Origin: Planctomycetota bacterium
GTDB lineage: Bacteria > Planctomycetota > GCA-002687715 > CAIWVZ01
NCBI GenBank assembly: GCA_044222185.1
Contig: JBGANV010000001.1
Location: 320,001 to 384,000 of the forward strand
Reading direction: 5' to 3'
Length of the DNA stretch: 64,000 nt
Shown here: piece by piece, positions 50,578-62,329 of the stretch
How positions within the stretch are numbered: position 1 is the first letter of the stretch
How the letters are laid out: each line of letters opens with the position of its first letter
Position numbers and translations under genes: made by a program
The notes under the pieces: generated by a model
What the model saw: only the letters and a program-made list of their open reading frames with translations
What the model was told of the DNA's origin: nothing
Database searches by the model: none

Positions 50578-51204
50578 ATGGCAGGGTTCCCGGAGCCACT
50601 TGAACGGTTGATCGCAGAGTTCGGTCGCCTTCCGGGGATCGGAAGCAAGACGGCCGAGCGCCTCGCCTTCTACGTCGTGAAGGCCGATCGCCTCGAAGCG
50701 ATGAAGCTCGCGATGGCGATCCGCGACGTCAAACGGCACCTGCAACCGTGTCGGACGTGTTTCAACTTCTCCAGCGCGGAGCTGTGTGACGTGTGCGCTG
50801 ACGATGGGAGGGATCACGGTCAGGTGATGGTCGTCGAGCATCCTCGAGATCTGGCCGCATTCGAGCGGACGGGACGGTTCAAGGGCGTCTACCACGTGCT
50901 TCTGGGGCGCCTCTCGCCGCACGACGGCACGGGCCCTGAGCACACGTCTGCTGGCGCGCTGAAGAAGCGAGTCGAGGCGGGCGGGGTGCGCGAGCTCATC
51001 GTCGCGACCAACCCGGATGCGGAGGGCGACGCAACGGCGCGGCTGATCGAGCGGCTGCTCGCCCCGACCGGCGTCCCCATGTTTCGGCTCGCGCGGGGCC
51101 TCTCCACCGGCGGGACGATCGAGTACGCGGGGACCGAGGTCCTGGCGGATGCGCTCGAGCATCGGCGATCCCTGCCGTCGCGCCCTGAAGGAGGACGGGG
51201 ATGA
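50578..51204 (+). CDS. recR: Recombination mediator RecR
   Basis: LPGIGSKTAERLAF, C4 zinc finger, GVYHVLLG and ATNPDAEGDATA. Confidence 0.97.
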   Translation: MAGFPEPLERLIAEFGRLPGIGSKTAERLAFYVVKADRLEAMKLAMAIRDVKRHLQPCRTCFNFSSAELCDVCADDGRDHGQVMVVEHPRDLAAFERTGRFKGVYHVLLGRLSPHDGTGPEHTSAGALKKRVEAGGVRELIVATNPDAEGDATARLIERLLAPTGVPMFRLARGLSTGGTIEYAGTEVLADALEHRRSLPSRPEGGRG

Positions 51205-52634
51205 GCCTGGACCTCCGGCTGAACCAGCGACTCGACCTGTCGCTCAAGCTCGCTCCGCAGATCATCCAGTCGATCGAGCTCCTGCAGCTCCCCGCCATGG
51301 ATCTGCAGGACGTGATCCAGGCCGAACTCGACACCAACGAGTTCCTCGAGATCGTTCCCCGCGAAGAGCGGCCCGCTCCGCCAGAAGGTGAAACCGCGCC
51401 GAAGGAATCGCCGGCGCCCGACGACGCCGCGCAGGCCACCGAGTGGGGCGGCGGCGATCTCGACGGGTGGGACGACTTCCGTGCGCGCAGGCGTACGTCG
51501 TCCGACGAGGACGCGGGCCAGAACAAGCTCGAGGCGATGAACAACACGGCCTCGTCCGGGCCAACGCTCCAGGAATCGTTGCTCGAGCAGTTCACGCTGC
51601 TCGAGGGGGCGCAGCAGAACCTCCCACTCGCCGAGCAGATCATCTTCAACCTGAACGAGAACGGATACCTCTCGTGCAGCCTGGAGGATGCCGTCGCGCC
51701 GCTGATGGACCGCTTCACGCTCGAGCAGGCAGAGGCCGTCCTGAAACAGATTCAGGGACTCGAGCCCCGTGGGGTCGGCGCGCGGAACATCTCCGAGTGC
51801 CTTCTCCTGCAACTCGACCCGGCGGACCCCGATGCCCCGATCAAGCGTGAGCTCCTCACCACCTACTTCGAGGACCTCTCCCGAAACCGGCTCCCGAAGA
51901 TCGCGAAGGGGCTGGATCTCTCCCTCGATCAACTGAAGGGCGTCCTTCACGATCTGGCCCGGCTCCGCGTGCACCCGGGGCTGTCGCAGTCGGACGACCG
52001 AAACCGTTACATCAACCCCGACATCCTCGTGGAGTGGAACGGCATCGACTACGACGTCCGACTCGCGAACGAGTACGTCCCCGAGCTCCGTCTCGCCCCC
52101 GAGTACAAGATGGCCCTGCAGGCGAAGGCCGCAGGGAAGGACTACCGCGAGTACGTGAAGAAGAAGGTCGATTCCGCGCGGGCGTTCATCATGGCGGTGG
52201 AGAAACGCCAGCGAACGCTGCTCGGCGTCGGCAAGGCCATCGTGGGCTATCAGCGCGAGTTCCTCGATTACGGCCCTCACTATCTCAAGCCGCTGAAGAT
52301 GCAGCAGGTCGCCGAAGACCTGGGCATCCACGTCTCCACCGTGTCGCGGGCGACCTCCGGCAAGTACATGCAGACGCACCGCGGCATCTTCGCGCTGAAG
52401 GACTTCTTCACGGGTGGGACGGCATCCGTCGACGGGAACGTCGAGTCACGCGAGTCGGTGAAACAGAAGGTGAAGGAGATCGTCGAGCGGGAGGACACGG
52501 GTACGCCGCTCTCGGACGACGACATCGTCGATCGCCTCTTCAAGAACTTCGGCATCAAGGTGGCTCGCCGCACCGTGACGAAGTACCGCAAGGCGCTGAA
52601 GATCCCGTCGTCGCGCCAGCGCAAGTCGTTCTGA
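51201..52634 (+). CDS. rpoN: RNA polymerase sigma-54 factor
   Basis: Q/L-rich region I (QSIELLQLP), GVGARNISECLLLQL, HVSTVSRA and RpoN box ARRTVTKYR. Confidence 0.97.
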   Translation: MSLDLRLNQRLDLSLKLAPQIIQSIELLQLPAMDLQDVIQAELDTNEFLEIVPREERPAPPEGETAPKESPAPDDAAQATEWGGGDLDGWDDFRARRRTSSDEDAGQNKLEAMNNTASSGPTLQESLLEQFTLLEGAQQNLPLAEQIIFNLNENGYLSCSLEDAVAPLMDRFTLEQAEAVLKQIQGLEPRGVGARNISECLLLQLDPADPDAPIKRELLTTYFEDLSRNRLPKIAKGLDLSLDQLKGVLHDLARLRVHPGLSQSDDRNRYINPDILVEWNGIDYDVRLANEYVPELRLAPEYKMALQAKAAGKDYREYVKKKVDSARAFIMAVEKRQRTLLGVGKAIVGYQREFLDYGPHYLKPLKMQQVAEDLGIHVSTVSRATSGKYMQTHRGIFALKDFFTGGTASVDGNVESRESVKQKVKEIVEREDTGTPLSDDDIVDRLFKNFGIKVARRTVTKYRKALKIPSSRQRKSF

Positions 52635-52679
52635 GGGGCCTGATCTTCGATCGCGGCTCGTCCCCTCATCAACGCCGCT

Positions 52680-53228
52680 TCAATCCGCTTCCCACACCTC
52701 GCGTAGGTCGATGGGCACGGTCTCGAGCGGCGGCAGGGCGATCATGATGAACCCTTCGACCTTGCGCTCGAGGACGAATGCGCCACCCACCAGGCGGTGA
52801 ACTTCGATACGGCGCGCGTTCGGATCCACGATCCAGTACCAGGGCGTTCCGTGGCGGGCGTAGAGCGTCTTCTTCACACCCAGATCGCGGCGGGACGTGG
52901 ATCGGGAGAGAACCTCGACCGCGAGGGTGGGTGCACCGACCAGGCCGTGCGCTTCGATCCGGCCTGGCGATGAAGGCATCACGACGACGATGTCCGGTTG
53001 GAACACCGTGCTGTCACTGAGCACCACGTCGTACGGCGAGACTCGGACGCGGCCGAGGCCGAGGCGTCTGGTACCTGAGAGCAGGAGCATGTGGAGCATC
53101 CCGAGTACCGCCTGATGTCGATCGTCAGGCGCCGACATCTCGACCAACTCGCCCTCGAAAAGCTCGTACCTCCTGCCGTCCTCCGGCATGGCGGCGTAGT
53201 CCGCATACGTCATGGCGTGCGTCTTCAT
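52680..53228 (-). CDS. Uma2-family (PD-(D/E)XK) endonuclease-like protein
   Basis: RYELFEGEL, QPDIVV, PTLAVEVLS, KKTLYARHG and YWIVDP. Confidence 0.9.
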   Translation of the reverse strand: MKTHAMTYADYAAMPEDGRRYELFEGELVEMSAPDDRHQAVLGMLHMLLLSGTRRLGLGRVRVSPYDVVLSDSTVFQPDIVVVMPSSPGRIEAHGLVGAPTLAVEVLSRSTSRRDLGVKKTLYARHGTPWYWIVDPNARRIEVHRLVGGAFVLERKVEGFIMIALPPLETVPIDLREVWEAD

Positions 53229-53411
53229 GGTTCGGGGCCATTCTATGGCGGGAGACGCGACGGATGACGAGGTTTTCCGTGCCTGACTGCGGGGCGTGTT
53301 CGAACATCTGACGTCGCGTCAGTTTTTCTGCACACGCGGACGTTCGCGGTCGCGACTCCGATGTCGCGATGTTTGCCGGCCCTCACCCCAGCCCGTACGA
53401 TCCGGCCCGTC

Positions 53412-55067
53412 ATGACCGCAGACGGCCAGAAAAACGGAAGCCAAACGCCGCACGACGATCCGCGACTCCCGAGCTGGCGGGCGCGGGTCGCTGGCGAGAG
53501 CGCGGCGCGTACGACGATCTCGGGGTTGCCGATCGAGCCGCTCTATGCCGGAGTCGGCGACGTGGACCGGCTTGGCCTGCCTGGCGATTTCCCGTTCCTT
53601 CGTGGCATTCATCCGACGATGTACCTGGGTCGTCCGTGGACCATGCGGCAGTACGCGGGTTTCTCCACGGCTCGCGAAACGAACTCGCGATTCCGGTACC
53701 TGCTCGGTGCGGGACAGACCGGTCTCTCGACGGCCTTCGATCTTCCGACGCAGATCGGATACGACCCCGATCATGCGCTCGCCGATGGCGAAGTGGGGAA
53801 GGTGGGCGTGTCGATCGCGTGCCTGGACGACATGCTCGAGCTTCTGGACCAGATCCCGCTCGGCAAGGTCTCGACGTCCATGACGATCAACGCGACGGCC
53901 ATGGTGCTGCTCGCGCTCTACGTGGCCGTGAGCAAGCGCCAGGGTGTGGCGTCCAAGGACCTGTCGGGGACGATCCAGAACGACATCCTGAAGGAGTACG
54001 CCGCACGCGGGACCTTCCGTTTCCCGCCCAAGCCGTCCCTGCGGATCATCACCGACATCTTCGAGTACGCGTCCGAGCACCTCCCGCAGTTCAACACCGT
54101 CTCGGTTTCGGGTTATCACATCCGCGAAGCCGGGTCGACGGCGCCGCAGGAACTTGCCTTCACCATCGCGAACGGCCTCGAGTACGTGCGCGTGGCGACC
54201 GAGCGCGGGCTCGGCGTCGATACGTTCGCGCCGCGCATCTCGTTCTTCTTCAACGCGCACAGCGACTTCTTCGAGGAGATCGCCAAGTTCCGGGCGGCAC
54301 GGCGGCTGTGGGCGACTCTCTTGCGCGAGCGGTTCGGCGCGAAGGACAAGCGGAGCCTCGCCCTGCGCTTCCACACGCAGACGGCTGGCTCGACGCTCAC
54401 GGCGGACCAGTTCGAGAACAACACCGTGCGTGTGACGCTGCAGGCGCTTTCCGCGGTCCTCGGGGGAACGCAGAGCCTTCACACGAATTCCCGCGACGAG
54501 GCGCTTTCGCTTCCGTCGGAGGCGTCAGCGCTGCTCGCTCTGCGGACTCAGCAGATCATCGCGGACGAGAGTGGCGTGACCAGCGTCGTCGACCCGTTGG
54601 GCGGCGCGCCGTTCATCGAGGCACTGACCGACCAGGTCGAAGCGCGGGCGCGCGAACTCATCGCCGAAATCGATCGACTCGGTGGAGCCGCGGCTGCCAT
54701 CGAGGCCGGTTACTACCAGCGGGAAATCCATCGCGCGGCGTGGCAGATGCAGCGGGCGATCGAGAGCGGCTCGCGCGTCGTCGTCGGCGTGAACAAGTAC
54801 AGGGTCGACGCTCCCGCGGCGGAAGCGACGTTCCGCGTCTCCGATGAAGTTCAGCGCGCGCAGACCGAACGTGTTCGGGCCGTGCGAGCGCGCCGCCAGG
54901 CCGGCGTGGCGACGGATGCCCTGGCATCGCTCGTGAGAGCCGCGAACGGTCGCGAAAACCTGTTCCCCCGCGTCTTGCACTGCGTCGAAAGCGACGTCAC
55001 GCTCGGCGAGATCTGCACCGCCCTCGAGGGCGTTTTCGGACGCTATCGCGAAGTCCCGGTCTTCTGA
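53412..55067 (+). CDS. Methylmalonyl-CoA mutase, substrate-binding (N-terminal) subunit
   Basis: [18 protein letters not shown] (Tyr specificity residue), [20 protein letters not shown] and GGTQSLHTN; no DxHxxG B12 domain. Confidence 0.95.
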   Translation: MTADGQKNGSQTPHDDPRLPSWRARVAGESAARTTISGLPIEPLYAGVGDVDRLGLPGDFPFLRGIHPTMYLGRPWTMRQYAGFSTARETNSRFRYLLGAGQTGLSTAFDLPTQIGYDPDHALADGEVGKVGVSIACLDDMLELLDQIPLGKVSTSMTINATAMVLLALYVAVSKRQGVASKDLSGTIQNDILKEYAARGTFRFPPKPSLRIITDIFEYASEHLPQFNTVSVSGYHIREAGSTAPQELAFTIANGLEYVRVATERGLGVDTFAPRISFFFNAHSDFFEEIAKFRAARRLWATLLRERFGAKDKRSLALRFHTQTAGSTLTADQFENNTVRVTLQALSAVLGGTQSLHTNSRDEALSLPSEASALLALRTQQIIADESGVTSVVDPLGGAPFIEALTDQVEARARELIAEIDRLGGAAAAIEAGYYQREIHRAAWQMQRAIESGSRVVVGVNKYRVDAPAAEATFRVSDEVQRAQTERVRAVRARRQAGVATDALASLVRAANGRENLFPRVLHCVESDVTLGEICTALEGVFGRYREVPVF

Positions 55068-55090
55068 CCCGATCATCTGACCCGATCATC
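55063..55090. repeat. 13-bp tandem duplication TCTGACCCGATCA x2
   Basis: Exact direct repeat spanning the mutase stop codon and the intergenic gap. Confidence 0.8.
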
Positions 55091-55100
55091 GAGGCGCACC

Positions 55101-55931
55101 ATGAGCGTGAAAGGCATCGAACACGTCGCCGTCGCCGTACCCAGCATCGACGCGGCGTTGAGTGTCTACCGGGATCTGCTTGGCTGGACCGTGGCGGGCA
55201 TCGAGGAGGTCGTGGACCAGCAGGCGCGCGTCGCGCGTCTCACCATGGGGCCGTACACGATCGAACTGGTGGAACCGTTGACGGCGGCATCGCCCGTCGG
55301 GAAGTTCCTCGAGAAGCGCGGTCCGGGACTCCACCACATCTGTCTCGAGGTCGGGGACATCCGACAGATGCTCGATCGGCTCAGTGCCGCTGGGGTCCAG
55401 TTGATCGACCGCCAGCCTCGGGCGGGCGCCCACGATTGCCAGATCGCGTTCGTTCATCCGAAGGCCACGGGCGGTGTCCTCATGGAGCTGTCCGAGCCAC
55501 GCCACGGGTTCGACCCGGAGGCCACCCAGGTCGGATCGGGCGGCGCGCTGACGCAAGCGGGAGTGGAGCGTCTCGTTCGCGCCATGGAGGCCGCCTGGGC
55601 AGCGTCGGACTTCGACGCCCTCTCACGGCACTACCACCCCGAGGTGGAGTTCGCGCACCCATCGGTGGCCCACGGATCGAGGATCCTCGGACGTGAACGG
55701 CTGATGGACGTGCTGCGGACGCTGCGTCCCGTCGCGCAGCACGCCGAGGCCCCCCGCGAGATCGAACGGATCTTCGTCGCGGGGAACCACGCGACGATCG
55801 AGTGGGGGCGGTCCGGGCCGGCCGCCCTCGCCATCACGACGATCGAGGTGTTGCACGGCCAGATCTTCCGCAGCCGGACGTTTTTCGAACGGGCCGCGAT
55901 GCTGAAGGGCGATTTCTCCGTGCCGATCTGA
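55101..55931 (+). CDS. mce: Methylmalonyl-CoA epimerase fused to a C-terminal SnoaL/NTF2-like domain
   Basis: IEHVAVAV, IELVEP, GPGLHHICLEV and FVHPKATGGVLMEL, followed by ~130 aa with DFDALSRHYHPEVEF...GRE...ATIEW...GQIFRSRTFF. Confidence 0.88.
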   Translation: MSVKGIEHVAVAVPSIDAALSVYRDLLGWTVAGIEEVVDQQARVARLTMGPYTIELVEPLTAASPVGKFLEKRGPGLHHICLEVGDIRQMLDRLSAAGVQLIDRQPRAGAHDCQIAFVHPKATGGVLMELSEPRHGFDPEATQVGSGGALTQAGVERLVRAMEAAWAASDFDALSRHYHPEVEFAHPSVAHGSRILGRERLMDVLRTLRPVAQHAEAPREIERIFVAGNHATIEWGRSGPAALAITTIEVLHGQIFRSRTFFERAAMLKGDFSVPI

Positions 55932-56056
55932 CGGTCCGACCTCGGAACTGCGCCTGTCTGGCGGCGTCCCGGGAACCTTCTTTCGCCTGCGGGCCCGGGT
56001 AGCATTCCCGCCTCGAATGACTCGAGGCCACAGGACGCGAAACTCCCGAGATTGCC

Positions 56057-57600
56057 GTGCCGAAAGACCCACGTGAAGTCCTCGAACAGATGCGCGAAGC
56101 CGCGCGTCTCGGAGGCGGACAGAAACGCATCGAGCAGCAGCACCAGCGCGGGAAGTTGACCGCGCGCGAGCGCATCGATTTGTTTCTCGACCCCGGTTCG
56201 TTCGTCGAGATGGACATGTTCGTCACGCACCGGTGCACGGACTTCGGCATGGAGAAGTCCAAGATCCCCGGCGATGGCGTCGTCACCGGGTACGGCACGG
56301 TCGGGGGGCGCCACGTCTACGTGTTCGCCCAGGACTTCACCGTGTTCGGGGGTTCGCTCAGCGAAACCCACGCCGCCAAGATCTGCAAGATCATGGACAT
56401 GGCGATGAAGACCGGCAAACCGGTCATCGGGCTCAACGACTCCGGCGGCGCGCGCATCCAGGAAGGCGTCGTCAGCATGGGCGGTTACGCGGACATCTTC
56501 CTGCGCAACACGCTCGCGTCGGGAGTTATCCCTCAGATCTCCGTCATCATGGGCCCATGTGCCGGCGGCGCCGTGTACTCGCCGGCGATCACGGACTTCA
56601 TCGTGATGGTCGAGAAGACCTCCTACATGTTCATCACGGGGCCGAACGTGGTGAAGACGGTCACGCACGAAGACGTCACGTCGGAGGAACTCGGCGGCCC
56701 TGCCATCCATGGCGGCAAGTCGGGCGTGTCCCACTTCACGGCGGGGAACGATGCGGAGGCCCTCGCGCTCGTCCGGGACCTCCTGTCCTACATTCCGCTC
56801 AACAACATGGAAGACCCTCCGTACGTCGCACCGACGGACGATCCGCGGAGGATGGACAAGTCCCTCGATTCGCTCGTACCCGAGAACCCCAACAAGCCCT
56901 ACGACATGAAGGAGGTCATCCGCCGCGTGGTGGATGACGGCCGCTTCTTCGAGGTCCACGCCGAATACGCCATGAACATCGTGGTGGGATTCGCGCGGCT
57001 CGACGGTCACACGATCGGAATCGTGGGCAATCAGCCGGCCGTCCTCGCAGGTACCCTCGACATCAACGCGTCCGTGAAGGGCGCGCGCTTCGTCCGATTC
57101 TGCGATTGCTTCAACATCCCGATCGTGGTGTTCGAGGACGTGCCCGGCTTCCTGCCCGGCGTCACGCAGGAGCACAACGGCATCATCCGGCACGGGGCGA
57201 AGCTGCTCTACGCGTTTTGCGAGGCCACGGTGCCACGCGTCACGGTCATCACGCGCAAGGCGTATGGCGGCGCCTACGACGTCCTCAACAGCAAGCACAT
57301 CCGCGGCGACGTCAACCTGGCGTGGCCGAGCGCGGAGATCGCCGTCATGGGCTCCAAGGGCGCCGTCGAGATCATCTTCAAGAGGGAGATCGATCAGGCG
57401 GCCGATCCGCGGGCCGAGGAGGAGCGCCTCACGAACGAGTACCGCGAGAAATTCGCGAGCCCCTTCGTCGCGGCGAGCCGCGGATACATCGACGACATCA
57501 TCGAGCCTCACGAGACGCGTCCCAAGCTGATCCAGGCGCTCGCGCTGCTCGAGAACAAGCGGGACAAGAACCCCGCGAAGAAGCACGGGAACATCCCGCT

Positions 57601-57604
<4 letters not shown>
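56057..57604 (+). CDS. pccB: Propionyl-CoA carboxylase carboxyltransferase (beta) subunit
   Basis: [48 protein letters not shown] and KKHGNIPL. Confidence 0.95.
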
Positions 57605-59102
<1,498 letters not shown>

Positions 59103-59106
<4 letters not shown>

Positions 59107-59612
59107 AATACATCGTTCGCATCGGCGGGAAGGACACCCCGGTCAGCGTGGACCTTCGTGACGACGGCCGGTTCGACGTCACGCTCGACGGCGAGTCGAT
59201 GCAGGTCGACATGCGGAGGGCCGGAGGCGACTCGTTGTTCTCGTTGCTCATCGGTGCCCGATCGTGCGAGGTCTCGGCGACGACGAACGACGGAATGTGG
59301 CGACTCGCGCTCCGCGGTGCGACCGTCGACGCTGCCGTCGAATCCGAGCAGGAGCGGAACGCCCGCCTCATCCAGGTGGGCACCGGACCTTCACGTCCGG
59401 CGATCATCAAGGCCAACATGCCCGGCTTCGTCTCGAAGATCCTGGTCAAGCCCGGCGACGCCGTGGCGAAGGGCACGGCCCTCCTCATCATCGAGGCGAT
59501 GAAGATGGAGAACGAGATCCGCGCGGACTCCGCCGGAAGCGTGGCCGAGGTGCTCGTCTCAGAGCGCCAGACTGTGAACAACGGCGACTCGCTCGTGCGC
59601 ATCGCGCACTGA
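59103..59612 (+). CDS. Biotin carboxyl carrier subunit
   Basis: EAMKMENE biotinylation motif; ATGA coupling. Confidence 0.93.
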
Positions 59613-59625
59613 AATCGGAGTATCC

Positions 59626-60243
59626 GTGCCAACGCTGATCAGTCGCCACGTGACCGTGGCCGACTGCGGACCCTACGACGCCCTCCTCTTCGACTGCGAC
59701 GGCACGCTCGCCGACACCATGCCGCTCCACTACACGGCGTGGAAGCGCGTCCTCGAACCGTTCGGTGTCGTCTTCGAGGAGAACCGCTACTTCTCGCTGG
59801 CCGGAATGCCCACGCGCCACATCCTCGCGACGCTGTCGAAGGAGCAGGGCATCCCGCTGAACTTCGACGAGCTCGTGCACGTCAAGGAGCGGTACTTCCT
59901 CGAGATCGTCGATCGCCTCGCGCCGTTCGAGCCCGTCCTCGCGTTGGCACGGGCGTTCCATGGGACCAAGCCCATGGCCGTCGTGTCGGGGGGGATCCGG
60001 CGGGCCGTCGAGCGCACGTTGAACCACTTGGCGATCCGCGCGTGGTTCGGTGCCGTCGTCACGGCCGAGGACACTCCCAGCGGCAAGCCACACCCGGAGC
60101 CGTTCCTGATCGCGGCGCAGCGGCTGAACGTGAATCCCGCTCGCTGCCTCGCGTTCGAGGACGCGCAGCTGGGTTTCGAGTCCGCACTCTCCGCCGGCAT
60201 GGACGTGGTCGATGTGCGCGGTATGGTGGGCGGCAAACACTGA
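59626..60243 (+). CDS. HAD-family phosphatase (YqaB/beta-PGM-like)
   Basis: FDCDGTLADT, GKPHPEPF and AFED motifs. Confidence 0.9.
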   Translation: MPTLISRHVTVADCGPYDALLFDCDGTLADTMPLHYTAWKRVLEPFGVVFEENRYFSLAGMPTRHILATLSKEQGIPLNFDELVHVKERYFLEIVDRLAPFEPVLALARAFHGTKPMAVVSGGIRRAVERTLNHLAIRAWFGAVVTAEDTPSGKPHPEPFLIAAQRLNVNPARCLAFEDAQLGFESALSAGMDVVDVRGMVGGKH

Positions 60244-60261
60244 GGACCCGGTAGAGAAACC

Positions 60262-61671
60262 ATGGACCAGACCAGCATCAGCCGGTTCGTCGACGGAGTG
60301 TGGGACGCGTCGATCATCCAGGCTCTCGTCGAGTACGTGAAGATCCCGAACCAATCGCCGATGTTCGACACGAACTGGCGCGAGCACGGGCACATGGACC
60401 GCGCCGTCAAGCTCATCGTCGAATGGACGAAGCGCCAGGCCGTTCCCGGGCTCACACTCGAAGTCGTCCAGCTCGAGGGGCGCACGCCGGTGATCCTGAT
60501 GGAGATCCCCGGCAAGAGCCAGGACACCGTGCTGCTCTACGGACACCTGGACAAGCAGCCGCCGATGGAGCCGTGGGCAGCGGGCCTCGGTCCGTGGACG
60601 CCGGTCATCCGTGACGGGAAGCTCTACGGCCGTGGGGCGAGCGACGACGGGTACGCGGCCTTCGCATCCGTCACCGCGCTGGCGGCGCTGGCGAACGGGT
60701 CGATCCCACATGCGCGCTGCGTCGTCATCATCGAGGCCGCGGAGGAAAGCGGCAGCCCGGACCTCCCGTTCTACATCGAGGCGCTGAAGGCGCGGATCGG
60801 GACGCCGAGCCTCGTCGTCTGCCTCGATTCGGGTTGCGGCGACTACGAGCGCCTCTGGAGTACCACGTCGTTGCGCGGGATGGTCGCCGGAAACCTGACC
60901 GTCGAGCTCCTGAAGGAGGGCGTGCATTCCGGCGACGGCAGCGGCGTCGTCGCCTCCAGCTTCCGCGTGATCCGGTCGCTCTTGAGTCGCCTCGAGGACG
61001 AGACGACGGGACACATCAAGCCGTCCGCATTCCACGGGACGATCCCCGAAGAGCGCCGCCGTCAGGCCGGCGCCGTCGCCGAGGTCCTCGGTGACGCCGT
61101 CTGGAACAAGATGCCGCTCCTGCCCGGTGCGCGCCCCATGACGACGGATCGCGTGGAGGTCGTCCTGAATCGGACGTGGCTGCCCATGCTCTCGATCACC
61201 GGCCAGGCCGGCATGCCGCCGCTGGAGTCGGCCGGTAACGTGCTTCGGCCCATGACGGCCTTGAAGCTCTCGCTCCGACTGCCGCCCAACGTGGCCGCGG
61301 AGCCCGCATCGGCAGCCCTGAAGCGCCTCCTCGAGGCGGATCCACCGTACGGGGCTCGCGTCTCGTTCGTGCCGGAGAAGGCCGGATCGGGTTGGGATGC
61401 GCCGCCGCTCGCGCCATGGCTCGAGGCGTCGACCGAGGCGGCCTCGTTGGCGACGTTCGGCAAGTCTGCGTGCTACTTCGGCGAAGGCGGTTCGATCCCA
61501 TTCATGGGGATGCTGGGCCAGCGTTTCCCGAAGGCGCAGTTCCTCATCACGGGCGTCCTGGGTCCGCAGTCGAACGCGCACGGACCCAACGAGTTCCTCG
61601 AGATCAAGACGGCCAAGCGCCTGACGAGCTGCGTGGCCCGGATCCTCGCGGATCACTTCACGCGGAAGTAG
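60262..61671 (+). CDS. M20-family metallopeptidase
   Basis: YGHLDKQPP, LYGRGASDDG, EESGS and NAHGPNE. Confidence 0.92.
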   Translation: MDQTSISRFVDGVWDASIIQALVEYVKIPNQSPMFDTNWREHGHMDRAVKLIVEWTKRQAVPGLTLEVVQLEGRTPVILMEIPGKSQDTVLLYGHLDKQPPMEPWAAGLGPWTPVIRDGKLYGRGASDDGYAAFASVTALAALANGSIPHARCVVIIEAAEESGSPDLPFYIEALKARIGTPSLVVCLDSGCGDYERLWSTTSLRGMVAGNLTVELLKEGVHSGDGSGVVASSFRVIRSLLSRLEDETTGHIKPSAFHGTIPEERRRQAGAVAEVLGDAVWNKMPLLPGARPMTTDRVEVVLNRTWLPMLSITGQAGMPPLESAGNVLRPMTALKLSLRLPPNVAAEPASAALKRLLEADPPYGARVSFVPEKAGSGWDAPPLAPWLEASTEAASLATFGKSACYFGEGGSIPFMGMLGQRFPKAQFLITGVLGPQSNAHGPNEFLEIKTAKRLTSCVARILADHFTRK

Positions 61672-61674
61672 AGC

Positions 61675-62283
61675 GTGACGGACGACGCCGGCTCCATCGC
61701 GGATGCGATCAAGGTGTTGCGGCGACGCACCTCGCCGCAGTGGGCAGAGGTCGCCGTCCGCCAGCTCGGGCGCGTACTCTGCGATCACGCGCACTGCGAG
61801 AAGAAGGCCGCCGCCTCCGCACTGGCGGTGGTGAACCGATACGGCGAGCACCCCGACCTGGTCGATGCCATGGTGGCGCTGGCGCGCCAGGAGATGGATC
61901 ACCTCTCACAGGTGTGGGAGTTCATGAAGCGACGCGGCGTGAAGCTCGGGCGCGATCCGGGTGACGACTACGCGCAACAGCTACGCCAGCACGTGCGTCC
62001 GAAGGAGCCGCTTCGACTGCTCGACCTGTTGCTCGTGAGCGCGCTCATCGAGGCTCGCTCGTGCGAGCGCTTCGTCCTGCTTGCCCCCAGCGTCGCCGAC
62101 CCGGAGCTGAAGGCCTTCTACGACGAGCTGGCGCAGTGCGAGGGCGGGCACTTCCGTCTCTTCGTCACGCTGGCCGAGCGGCACTACGACGTCGACGTCG
62201 TCCGTGCGCGGCTGGACGAACTCGCCGAAGTCGAGGGCGCGATCGTTGCGCGCCTCGACTGTGAACCGTCGGTTCACGGTTGA
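61675..62283 (+). CDS. miaE: tRNA-(ms2io6A37) hydroxylase MiaE
   Basis: DHAHCEKKAA, LIEARSCERF and ExGH di-iron motifs. Confidence 0.92.
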   Translation: MTDDAGSIADAIKVLRRRTSPQWAEVAVRQLGRVLCDHAHCEKKAAASALAVVNRYGEHPDLVDAMVALARQEMDHLSQVWEFMKRRGVKLGRDPGDDYAQQLRQHVRPKEPLRLLDLLLVSALIEARSCERFVLLAPSVADPELKAFYDELAQCEGGHFRLFVTLAERHYDVDVVRARLDELAEVEGAIVARLDCEPSVHG

Positions 62284-62288
62284 GCGAA

Positions 62289-62317
62289 CGACCCGCGCTC
62301 CATCCGAGCGCGGGTCG
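62289..62317. terminator. Perfect 12-bp inverted repeat between convergent genes (putative bidirectional terminator)
   Basis: CGACCCGCGCTC-CATCC-GAGCGCGGGTCG. Confidence 0.6.
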
Positions 62318-62329
62318 GAGCGATGACGC

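Noticed and set aside
52680-53228. Uma2 nuclease as the restriction partner of the orphan MTase or a defence system
   Set aside because: It is 14 kb away, and Uma2 genes are common stand-alone paralogs with no linked defence genes here.
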